From positions 62,001 to 117,958 of the forward strand of contig CAUYUJ010000122.1 in NCBI GenBank assembly GCA_963575745.1: a DNA stretch of 55,958 nucleotides, written 5' to 3'. The notes beneath the pieces were generated by a model that did not search any database, was not told the origin of the DNA, and saw only the letters and a program-made list of their open reading frames with translations. This stretch comes from Prorocentrum cordatum. Lineage: Eukaryota. Below, in pieces: positions 44,047 through 53,385 of the stretch (positions are counted from its first letter, which is position 1; each line of letters starts with the position of its first letter). Both the position numbers and the translations under genes were made by a program.

Positions 44047-45708
44047 ATGGCGACGGTGGAGGATCGCTTGGCCGCGGTGGAGGCGCAGCTGGCGGCGCTG
44101 TCGGCCAGCGCGGGCGACGCAGAGGCTGGTGGCAAGAAGCCTGGCTCTGCGGGCAGCAGCGACGCACAGATTCTGAAGAAGGTGTCGACGAGGTTGCAGG
44201 ACTTCGAGGCCCAGCTCACGGCCCAGCTGAGCAACATGCAGAGCGACTTTGACAAGAAGCTCTCGCACGTGAGTCGCGGCGCCTCCTCGATGAAACCGCT
44301 CGACGCGGGCGGGCAGTCCGCGGGCATGGACACCATGGCCGAGGACTTGGACCAGCTCAAATTCGACGTTGGTGAGCTCAAAGATCTCCTGAACAACAAC
44401 AAGGGCGAGGTCAACCACGTCCGCCGCATCGTGCTGGCTTGCGAGCGCGACATGGAGGACTTCACTGCTGCCATGGATGCTGTCAACGTCGACTTGGACG
44501 AGATGCGTGCGCGCGTGGATGCCACGCACTCCATCATTACAAGCCGCCAGCGCGTGGAGGCCACCATGACAGCTGAGATCTCCACCATGAGGCTGGACAT
44601 CGGTGACATTCAGGAAGCCCTCAAGAACCATGACTCTTGGATGGAGGATGTTTCAAACACCCTGCAGCAGATGCAGGAGAAGGAGGAGAACTTAACGGAG
44701 GACATCATCAACCTGAAGAACGAGATGAACACCAAGCTCGACACGAAGGTGGACAACGTGGCCTGGAAGGAGGCTAACGACGACCTGGACGCGGCGGTCA
44801 AGACCGTGAGAGACATGGTCTCCTCCCTGCGACTCGACGTGGACGCGCGTCGCCGGAAGGTGGACGAGATTCTCGCAACGATCAGGCACGATATTACGGC
44901 CGTCGAGACCAACCTGGAGGAGTCGAAGGCGAAGATCACGAGCGACACCGACCAGGCCGTGAACGCGCTCAACGGCAGGATCGATTTCACCAACAAGGAT
45001 CTGGCAGCCACCCAGGAGAGCCTGCACACCACGCAGAACTCGCTCAGTGACTGCTTCAACGAGGTGGCCGTGGTCAGGAGCGACCTGGAGCGCAACGTGG
45101 CCGACACCGAGGCCCGCCTCAAGAACGACGTGCGTCAGAAGCAGCAGGAGGCTTTCGAGAAGATCGCGTCGGTGGAGCAGCAGGCCGAGCTCCGCAGCGC
45201 CGAGGCCTCGCGCCGCCTTGGCGCGCTGGACCTGCGCATGAGCGGCGTGCAGGGTGGCCTCGGGGAGCACAAGCGCGACATTCTGAAGCTGCGCGAGGAG
45301 GTCAACGGCCTCACTGTCAAGAGCGCGTCCCACGAGGTGGACATCCAGAAAAACAGCGACGCCATGCGCAAGATGGAGAAGCAGCGCAACATGGACGAGC
45401 AGAACTGGAAGGCGCAGATGGACGCCGTCCACGATGTGCTGGACACCAAGGTGAACGAGAAGCCGTTCGAGGACCTCAAGCACTGCACGGCCTCGCTCAC
45501 CAAGGGCGTGGTCAAGTTCGCGCAGGTCGTCGGCGTCTTCCCCGGCCCCAAGTTCGACGACGCGGATGGCGGCGACCAGGGCGAGGCGGACGTCGAGCTG
45601 CTGGGCTGGGAGGAGTGCGCGGAGAACATGTCCTTCCGCGTGGACAAGGCGTGGCGCCAGAGGTGCTCGCAGCGCTTCCGCAACGTGCTGGACATGGTTG
45701 CCAAGAAG
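44047..45708 (+). CDS. Exon 1 (554 codons) of an uncharacterised long coiled-coil protein, retrogene-derived
   Basis: Uninterrupted GC3-rich heptad-repeat ORF. Coding character stops abruptly after ...LDMVAKK at AAG|GC. Confidence 0.88.
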
Positions 45709-45852
45709 GCTCAGCGTGAAGCAATGGGGGTCCTGAGGGCTCCGAGGGTTCTGAGGGCAAGGGGTTCTGAGGATTCTGAGCGTTCTGAGGGTTCTGAAGC
45801 GTCCCGGGGTCCGGGGCCCGTTTTTCTGCTGTGTCGGGCCCTCGGGCCCTTA

Positions 45853-46095
45853 GTGGGCCCCGGAAGCGGCAGGGCCGTTTTTTCACCGCTTCCGAAAAAC
45901 TGTCCCTTGAAAATGGAAACGGCGAAAAAACAGCGACCTGAAACGGCAACAAAAACGGCCCCAGGGTCGGACCCGGAGCCGAAACCGGCCAAAAAACGGC
46001 GACGGAACCGGAAGAAAAAAACGGCGCTGGAAGCGGCAACAAAAACGGCAAAACGGAACCGGTAACAAAACGGCCCTGTCGTTTCCAGGGCCCAC
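45853..46095. mobile_element. TA-flanked MITE (~36-bp TIR) inside predicted intron 1
   Basis: TA|GTGGGCCCCGGAAGCGGCAGGGCCGTTTT...AAAACGGCCCTGTCGTTTCCAGGGCCCAC|TA. Confidence 0.8.
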
Positions 46096-46396
46096 TAAGC
46101 CGTCTGACCAGCTTCTTGGAACGGCCAACGTCGAACGACGGCACCGCTCACCTCTTCTCTGCCTCTGTCCAGTTGCAGGGAAGGGGCAGTGAATCGGGCG
46201 ACGAAATCTATACATACCCACTGCTCCCTGGCCAGGCTCATCCTGAACCCACGAGCTGTGTATACGCCCTCCTGGCCAAGCCAGGAGGGCGTGGCGTATG
46301 CACCGCTGCTGGGTTCAGGCTGGGCCTGGCCAGGGAGCACTGGATAAGTACAGACTTCGTCGCCCCAGTGAAGGGGCCCCTCGTGCCGGGCCTAAG

Positions 46397-46441
46397 GCGG
46401 ACCACAGCGTGCTGCGCCTGCTGCAGATCTCCCAGCAGCAC
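46397..46441 (+). CDS. Predicted exon 2 (ADHSVLRLLQISQQH)
   Basis: AAG|GCG acceptor; an in-frame GC3-rich island continuing exon 1. Its 3' boundary is non-canonical. Confidence 0.65.
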
Positions 46442-47028
46442 AGCCGGGAGGGCGAGCTGCGCACGCGCGCGCGAGCCTTGGACGTCCACGGGCGGCCTCT
46501 CCCCCCCAGGAGGAGGAGGAGGGAGGAGGAGGAGGAGGAGGATGAGGAGGAGGAGGAGAGGGAGGATGCAGGGGGAGGGAGGAGGAGGAAAGAGGAAAGG
46601 AGGAAAGAGGAAAGAGTAATAGGAAAAAGAGGAAAGAGGAAAGAGGAGAGGGAGGAGGAGGGAGGAGGAGGGGAGGAAGGATGAGGAGAGGGGAGGAGGA
46701 GAGGAGAGGGAGGAGGATGAGATCGGAGGATCGGAGGGAGGAGGAGGAGGAGGAGGATGAGGAGGTGGAGGAGGAGGGAGGGAGAGAGAGGGAGGAGGAT
46801 GAGGAGGAGGCCTCTGCGCTGGGGGTCTGGCTGTGCGCCTCCGTCGCGCGCGCAAACCAAAGTCGCTCGAGCGCCCCGCGCGAGGGCCAGGGAGTGGGTT
46901 CGCGCGCGGGGAGGGGCGGCAGCGGTCATGCGCTGGCGGAGGAGCCGTCCGTGGACGCCCGAGCGTTGGTGTCGTTGCTCCCCTCGGGAGGTCTCCAGAG
47001 GTCTGCCGAGGTCTCCGGAGATCCCTCG

Positions 47029-47234
47029 GATGCGGGCAATATTTTCATCCATATCCAGTGCGTCTTGGACTTTCTCGGAAGGGGCGCCGCAAGGCCGAGG
47101 CGCACTGGGTATGGATAAACATTGAGGCTTTGGGAGGCAGATTGTAATTCATATCCAGTGCGCCTCATGTTTCTCGGGAAGAGAGTCCGAAACTCCAAGA
47201 CGCACTGGATGTGGATCAAGACATTGCCCGCATC
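47029..47234. repeat. Foldback structure: ~41-bp outer inverted arms plus inner inverted copies of ATCCAGTGCG
   Basis: GATGCGGGCAAT...ATCCAGTGCGTCTTGGA versus TCCAAGACGCACTGGAT...ATTGCCCGCATC. Confidence 0.8.
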
Positions 47235-47356
47235 GGAGGCCTCTGCGGAGGTCCTCGGATGCCTCCAGAGGCCCGAAGAGGGCGAAGATCGCGCGAGAAC
47301 CTCGATCCGCGAGTTTCCGAGGTTCATTTGCCTGTGCGCTTCTCTGCCCTCCTGAC

Positions 47357-47458
47357 GTCGAGTCGCAGCTGGAGCGCGTCAAGCACGAGCGCGAGCTGTG
47401 GAAGGAGGTGGTGGAGCGCCGCCAGCAGCAGCCGATGCAGCTGGCACTGGGCGCGAAG
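47357..47458 (+). CDS. Predicted exon 3 (VESQLERVKHERELWKEVVERRQQQPMQLALGAK)
   Basis: GC3-rich helical peptide continuing exon 2; ends at an AAG|GA donor. Its 5' boundary lacks AG. Confidence 0.65.
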
Positions 47459-47463
47459 GAATC

Positions 47464-47495
<32 letters not shown>

Positions 47496-48168
47496 CGACG
47501 GACGACCCACGACGGACGAACGCCGACGATGCTCGGCGCGGATGAAAGGGAGCGGCTGAGAATGCGGGGGTGCAAAGTCTGCTACGCGCAGCCCGTTTCG
47601 GCGCCCCCCTTCGCCAGCAGGCGCTGGAGAACCGGTTGCACGCAGCTGATTCGCGAACCCCCACTCGACTGCCGTCGGCCACTTTCGTCCACCCCGAGAC
47701 GACGACGACCTCCCTGTACCTCCCTGGACCTGTCCCAGGACGCGTTCTGACCGGAGTACCCTGCACGGTTTCCCCAGGGGCCGTAGGCGACCCGAGGAGG
47801 AGGAGGATGAGGAGGAGGATGAGGAGGTGGAGGAGGGGGAGGGGGATGAGGAGATGGAGGAGGAGGGAGGAGGAGGAAGGAGGAGAAGCAGGAGGAGGAG
47901 GAGGAGGAGGAGGAGGAGAAGAAGGAGGAGGAGGGAGGAGTAGGAGAAGGAAGAGGAGGACGAGTCGCCTAAGCCCTTCAGAGAAACCCTCCAGAGTATC
48001 CCGGAGGCTCCAGCCGTGGCCGCGAAAGAGCCTAGATCCTCGACCTTCAACAGCGACGACGATCAGACGTGCCGACCTGGGGGGCGGGGGTCGGCCCAGG
48101 GGGAAACGTTGACCCCGAATCACCACCGCATCGCCCATCTGCGCCCTGGGGCCCCGCTCTGCTCATCT

Positions 48169-48479
48169 AGGCCGGAGTGGATGGGGTCGGAGGACCGCGC
48201 CGCATCGCCGATGCATCGGCGATGCGGCTCGATGTGGAGCCCGATCTTCTCCACGCCGACGTCGCCGATGCGGCGCGATGCTCCGACCCATGTGCTCCGA
48301 CCCCATCCAGGAAGGAGTAGGGGACCACATGCGAACCCTACCCCTACCCCCCACGACTTCTGAGGGGGAGGGAGGGGTTCATTTCGCTCGGGAGCTCCCG
48401 AACGGAATGAACCCCACCCTCCCCCTCGGAAATCGTGGGGGTTAGGGGTAGGGTTCGCATGTGACCCCCTAAGGAGGCC
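48169..48479 (+). mobile_element. MITE family B copy with a hairpin element nested near its right TIR
   Basis: Family B interior at 48169-48312; terminal GGAGGCC at ~48473-48479 follows the nested element. Confidence 0.6.
48320..48469. mobile_element. ~150-bp fully palindromic hairpin element, TA-flanked; second copy at 50124-50277
   Basis: Arms pair along the whole length around the centre GGGAGCTCCC. Confidence 0.85.
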
Positions 48480-48983
48480 TGTAGCGCAGGGACCTGAGGC
48501 TCCGCCCTTCGGCAGCCGCTCGCCGATGCATCGGCGACATGTCACACCACCCGGTCCACGTCAGGCTGCCCTTCCCCGTGCCGGCTCCCCAGGGCGAGGA
48601 GGAGGAGGAGGAGGACGAGGAGGAGGACGAGGAGGAGGAAAGGAGGAGGAGGAGGAGGAGGAGGAGGAGGAGGAGGACGAGGACGAGGAGGAGGGTAGGA
48701 GTGAGGAGGAGGAGGAGGAGGGAGGAGGAGGAGAGAGGAGAAAGACGAGGAGGAGGACGAGGACGAGGACGAGGAGGAGAAGGAGGACGAGTAGGAGGAC
48801 GAGGAGGGGACGGGGAGGAGGAGGAGGAGGAGGAGGAGGACGAGTGAGGAGGAGGACGAGGAGGAGGAGACGGAGGAGGAGGGAGGACGGAGGACTACGA
48901 CGACGACGACGACGACAACCGAGAACGATCAAATGCCTCGATCCTCGACATCGGCCTGAAAATCTCGGGCTTCGCACGCGGTA

Positions 48984-49154
48984 TCGATCACCTTTCGGGC
49001 TTTCTTTTCTGTTTGTTTTATTTACTTTTGTTTTCTTGTTTTCTTATCTTAACTCTATTCTCTTTTTTTGTTATTTTCTTTTTTTTTTTATTTTTCCTTT
49101 TCATTTTATATTTTCTTGTTCTTTTTTTTTTCTATTTTTTCGATCACCTTTCGG
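48984..49154 (-). mobile_element. Degenerate poly(A) insertion (T-rich on +) with 15-bp target-site duplication
   Basis: TCGATCACCTTTCGG at 48984-48998 and 49140-49154 flanks a 141-bp T-rich tract. Confidence 0.75.
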
Positions 49155-49743
49155 CTCTCCTTAGACGACGCCTTCGATCCTTCCTCACGGCGGAGGCGCG
49201 GCGCGCCGGGGGCCCACTGGCCTTCGCCCGCTTCCGGCGGACAGCTCTGCCCTGCCGCTCCGTGTGCGATGGCTGTGGGGCGGGCCGGCGGCATTCCGGA
49301 CACAGATAGCCAGATGGCGATGGGGGATCAGGACATGGGGGGCTGATCGGGCCGGGCGAAAACTGGGGGGTTGGGAAAGGGGGGTTACGAAATTTGCTGC
49401 GTGCAGCTGGTTTCGGCCTCACCGAGGGGCCCATTCCTCGATACATGGCCGCCTCCGGCGCCGGGAGGCGCCGGGAAAATCAGCTACGTGAGCTGATTCT
49501 CAACCCCCCCCTTTGCTATCCCCCCCTTTCGCCCGACCCGAGATGAGTATCCGGTACCGTTTTGTCGGGGTACAATTTGTACCTTCTTTGCGGGTTGCAA
49601 GTGCAAATTGTACCTTCTCCCCCCCCCCGTTGACATCCTCGCACATGTCGCGGATGTGGTCAAAAGTACAATTTGTACCTTGTCTGTCAGATCGCGGGCA
49701 TGCCCGGACCGGTCGATCTTCGATCGAGTCTCTGGGCCCTATA

Positions 49744-49969
49744 GGCCTCTTAGACAGGGTCGGAGCAGATGGGGTCGGAGGGTCGCGCCGCATCGCCGAT
49801 GCATCGGCGACGCATCGGCGATGCGGCTCGGCGAGGGGCCCAGTTTTCTCGACGCCGATGTCGCCGATGCACCTCCGACGTCGCAAGAGAATTGCCGATG
49901 CATCGGCGATGCATCGGCGATGCGGGGAGCTCCTCCGACCCCACCTGCTCGGCCCCCTTCTAGGAGGTC
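49744..49969 (+). mobile_element. MITE family B copy
   Basis: Same TIR architecture and internal palindromes as 4650-4876; 226 versus 227 bp. Confidence 0.8.
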
Positions 49970-50036
49970 TCGATCGTCGATCGAGGGCCCCACCTCCTCG
50001 GACCCCACCGACGGCGGCGGCGGCGGCGGCGCGAAG

Positions 50037-50087
50037 GACTCCGGCGGCGCGGGCAGCCCCCCCAGCGCCCGGGCGCTGCGCGGCTGA
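50037..50087 (+). CDS. Predicted terminal exon 4 (DSGGAGSPPSARALRG*)
   Basis: AAG|GAC acceptor inside an 11-bp repeat (GGCGCGAAGGA) identical to the exon 3 donor site; in-frame stop. Confidence 0.55.
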   Translation, partial: DSGGAGSPPSARALRG

Positions 50088-50123
50088 GGGCGGGCCCGGC
50101 GCTCCCGGCGCTCCGCTGCTTGA

Positions 50124-50277
50124 GGGGGCCAGATGCGAGCCCTGCCCCCTACCCCCCGCGATGTCTGAGGGGGAGGGGTGGGCTTCACTTCGCTCGGGAG
50201 CTCCCGAGCGAAGTGAGCCCCCCCCCTCCCCCTCGGAAGTCGTGGGGGGTCGGGGGCAGGGCTCGCAGCTGGCCCCC
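50124..50277. mobile_element. Palindromic hairpin element, copy 2
   Basis: GGGGGCCAGATGCGAGCCCTG...GGGAGCTCCC...CAGGGCTCGCAGCTGGCCCCC. Confidence 0.85.
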
Positions 50278-51183
50278 TATAGTTCTGCGCCCGCCGACCT
50301 CACGGGGCGGTGCGGGCGGACTGGAGCCTCACCCTTGCGGGCTCCAGTGCCGACAGGACTCCAGGCGAGGAGGAGGCACCCACACCGCTGCCCTGCGCGC
50401 CCGGTCTTCCCCTTTCTCGGTCCTTCTGGGGGGCCCTCGTCGCCACCGCTGGGACCCGCCTCGGAATCCCGATCAGAAGGCACACCGGGAGAGGTCCGGG
50501 GAGTGGCGGTATGGGTAGTTTCTCCAGGAACCTCACCCTTGCGGGCTCCAGCTCCGACGAGACTGGCGGCGCGCGAGGGGGTGGGAGGGCGCTGGGGGTG
50601 GGCGGCCCCCTGAGAGGGGGAGGGGGTTCTTATAAGGCATGGGCATGGTCAGAACGCTCTTTGAGGCCGAGAGGCCTCAGAGACAGGCTGGGCTTCTAAG
50701 AACCTCTTTGTCGTCTCAGAAGCCCACAGCCCTCTAAGAAGGCAGCACCCCCCTATCGCGCCCTCCCCCCTGGGCGGGCTGCATTTCCTGGGAGTCTGGG
50801 ATGTTTAGTTCCGCATCGGCCCTGGGCCGCATATTCTTGGTCGAAGCCAGGCCCAATCCCGCTGGGTCCCGCCTCATCTGGCTTCATCCCGCCCACGCCG
50901 ACTTCATCTGCTAGCTGGTTCGTATCGGCTCAATCTGGCTTGGCAGCTTCTCATGCGGGCTGAAGACGTTTCAGTTTCGCCGACGAAGAGACCTCCCAGG
51001 AGTTGCGCGCCACCCATCCTGTGCTCGCCGCCAGCGCTAATCTTCAGTCATCCGAGCTGGCCCGACCTCTGCCCAGGGTCCGACCGAAAGCTGGACGGAC
51101 CCGGGGCTTCTCGCTTGCGGGCGCGCGTGGCCGAGGCCGTGGTGCTGGGAGCGGCGGCTCCGCAAAACGCCTGCTCCTGCTGC

Positions 51184-51236
<53 letters not shown>

Positions 51237-53235
51237 CTGCTCCTCCCTCCGTCTCATCCTGCTCCTCGACGTCCTCCGTCTCATCCTGCTCCGCCTCAAC
51301 TTTCTCCTCCTCCTTCTCCCGCTCATCCTCCTCCTCTGTCCTCCCTCCATCCTTCTTCCCCCTCTTCCCTGCTTCCTGTTGTCTCCTGGCAGCCTGCCCA
51401 ATATGCCTCCTTCTTGGCATCCTCCGTATCCTCAATTTCCTTATTCCGCTCCATCTCCTCATCCGTCTTCGTTCCACTTTCACACAGCATCCTCGTAGAG
51501 CGTAATCTTAGCATACAATTTACTCACTTCGTGTCCTCCTTCTCCTCCTCCTCCTCCTCCTCCTCCTCTTCATCCTCCTCCTTCTCCTCCTTCTCCTCCT
51601 CCTCATTTTTTTTCGGTTGCCCTTGCCCCGATTGCATCGCCCACTACTTCAAGTGCCCTCGCAGCCGTCGTCCCTCGTTGCCCCATTCTCGGCATCGGAC
51701 TTTGATCTCACGCGTGAACATACAGTCCTAAGTTTTGTTTTAGCTTCTATATCAGAAACATAGCTAAGGAAGTGGGCGTGAAGCAAGATGGATCGCCTCT
51801 CGCGCTCCTGCAGCAGCCTGATGTAGTGAAAGCTGCACAGGCTGAAATGCCCAACGGCAAATCTCTGCTTCCTCCTCTGCCTGACGCTGCTCGGCCTTCA
51901 AGGTGGCTGAAACCAGCAGCTCGTCGACGAGTATCGTGTGACATCGAACCCATCATGACGCTGGTGCTCCTCCTCCTCCTCCTCCTCCTCCTTCTCCTCC
52001 TCCTCCTCCTCCTCCTCCTCTCCTCCTCCTCCTCCTCCTCCTCCTCCTCCTCCTCCTCCTCCTCCTCCTCCTCCTCCTCCTCCTCCTCCTCCCCCTCCCT
52101 CTCTACGCTGGGCTCCTCCTCCTCCTCCGAGGCCGTCACCGCGCTCGGAGAGGCCACCTTCAGGCCGCTCGCGGCACAGGCGGGCCCAGACAGAGAGCGC
52201 GCGGGGAAGCCCGGGCGCGCGGCAGGCGAAGCGCTCGGGGAGCAGAGGGCGACCGGCCGCGCGCCGCTGCCGGCGGATGCCGAGGCGGAGCCAGACAAAG
52301 TCCGGTAGGCATGGCGTCGAGGACATCGCCGAGGGCACGTGGCGAACCCAGACCCCCGACGTCGGGATTTTTGTTGCAACGTCGACCCCCCCAGAGGTCT
52401 GGACTCTCCTTCCCCGGGACCGGCTTTTCTCATCCCGAGTCGGTTTGTGACGGTCCCGAGGCCCAGGAAGGGCCCCTGGAGGCCGAACGTAGCGAAACAC
52501 ATGCGTGGCTTTTTTTTCTCACAGCGCGAGGGGGTCTGGGAGGCCAGGCCCAGCTCGAGCTCGAAGAGGCGGGGGCGGTGAAGCTGGCGGGCTCGGCCGC
52601 ACCGCTGGCCGCAGGGCGCCGCAGGGCGGCGCAGGGCCCGGCCTCCAGGGCCAGGGGGCGGCAGAGGCGTGCAGGGCCCGGGTGGCGGCCGGCGCGCGAA
52701 GGGCCGTACGAGCGGCCGGCGGCCGAGGGCGGAGGGCCGCGGCGGCGCGCCTGCTCGCTGTCAGGCTGGGCAGGCCGACCTCGCGGGCACCCTTGGCCAG
52801 CCCCTCGCTGCACACGCGCCCGCGCCCGCGTGCACTGGGCGGCTCGAGCCCCACGCCTGGCCTCGAGGTAGCTTGGCGCGCTTCACCCCAGGCCTTCGTT
52901 CGCGCGGCGGCCCTGGCCAGCTCGCGGCGCCTCGCCGACGCCCCAGCGAGGGGCACCTCGTCGGGGTCCCTCTGGCTGGGCTCGGGTATGGGGCCAGGAC
53001 GAGGATGCAGCCCCTTCCAGAGCGTTCCGGCTCTGAGCAGGCCGCGGCGCCCGGTACATCCTCCTGAGCCGCCAGAGCGCAGGGATCCCCGACCTATCCC
53101 CACCCCAACTTGTCCTCGTCCCCGCTCCGTCTCGTGCGGGGCCCACCCACGGAGGGGACGATCGGGGCCCTGCAGTGGCACGGCCCCCTCCCCGACCGGC
53201 CACGGCTCGGGTTAAGTCGGGCGTGTCACCCTATA

Positions 53236-53385
53236 CAGGGGGATTTTTGACGAGAAATGAAAAATACCTCCAAACAATAGCCAAAAAGTAGTCCAAAAAT
53301 AGTCGGGGGACTATTTTGGGTGTATTTTTTAACCTTTTTGGTGCGTTTTTGGCGTACTTGTGATTTTTCGTCGAAAATCCCCTTG
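53236..53385. mobile_element. TA-flanked MITE within a larger inverted/direct repeat context
   Basis: TA|CAGGGGGATTTTTGACGAGAAAT...ATTTTTCGTCGAAAATCCCCTTG|TA. Confidence 0.7.

Noticed and set aside
45709..46065. C-terminal 118 aa of the 672-aa ORF
   Set aside because: Read-through into an intron/MITE; codon bias and composition break at 45708.
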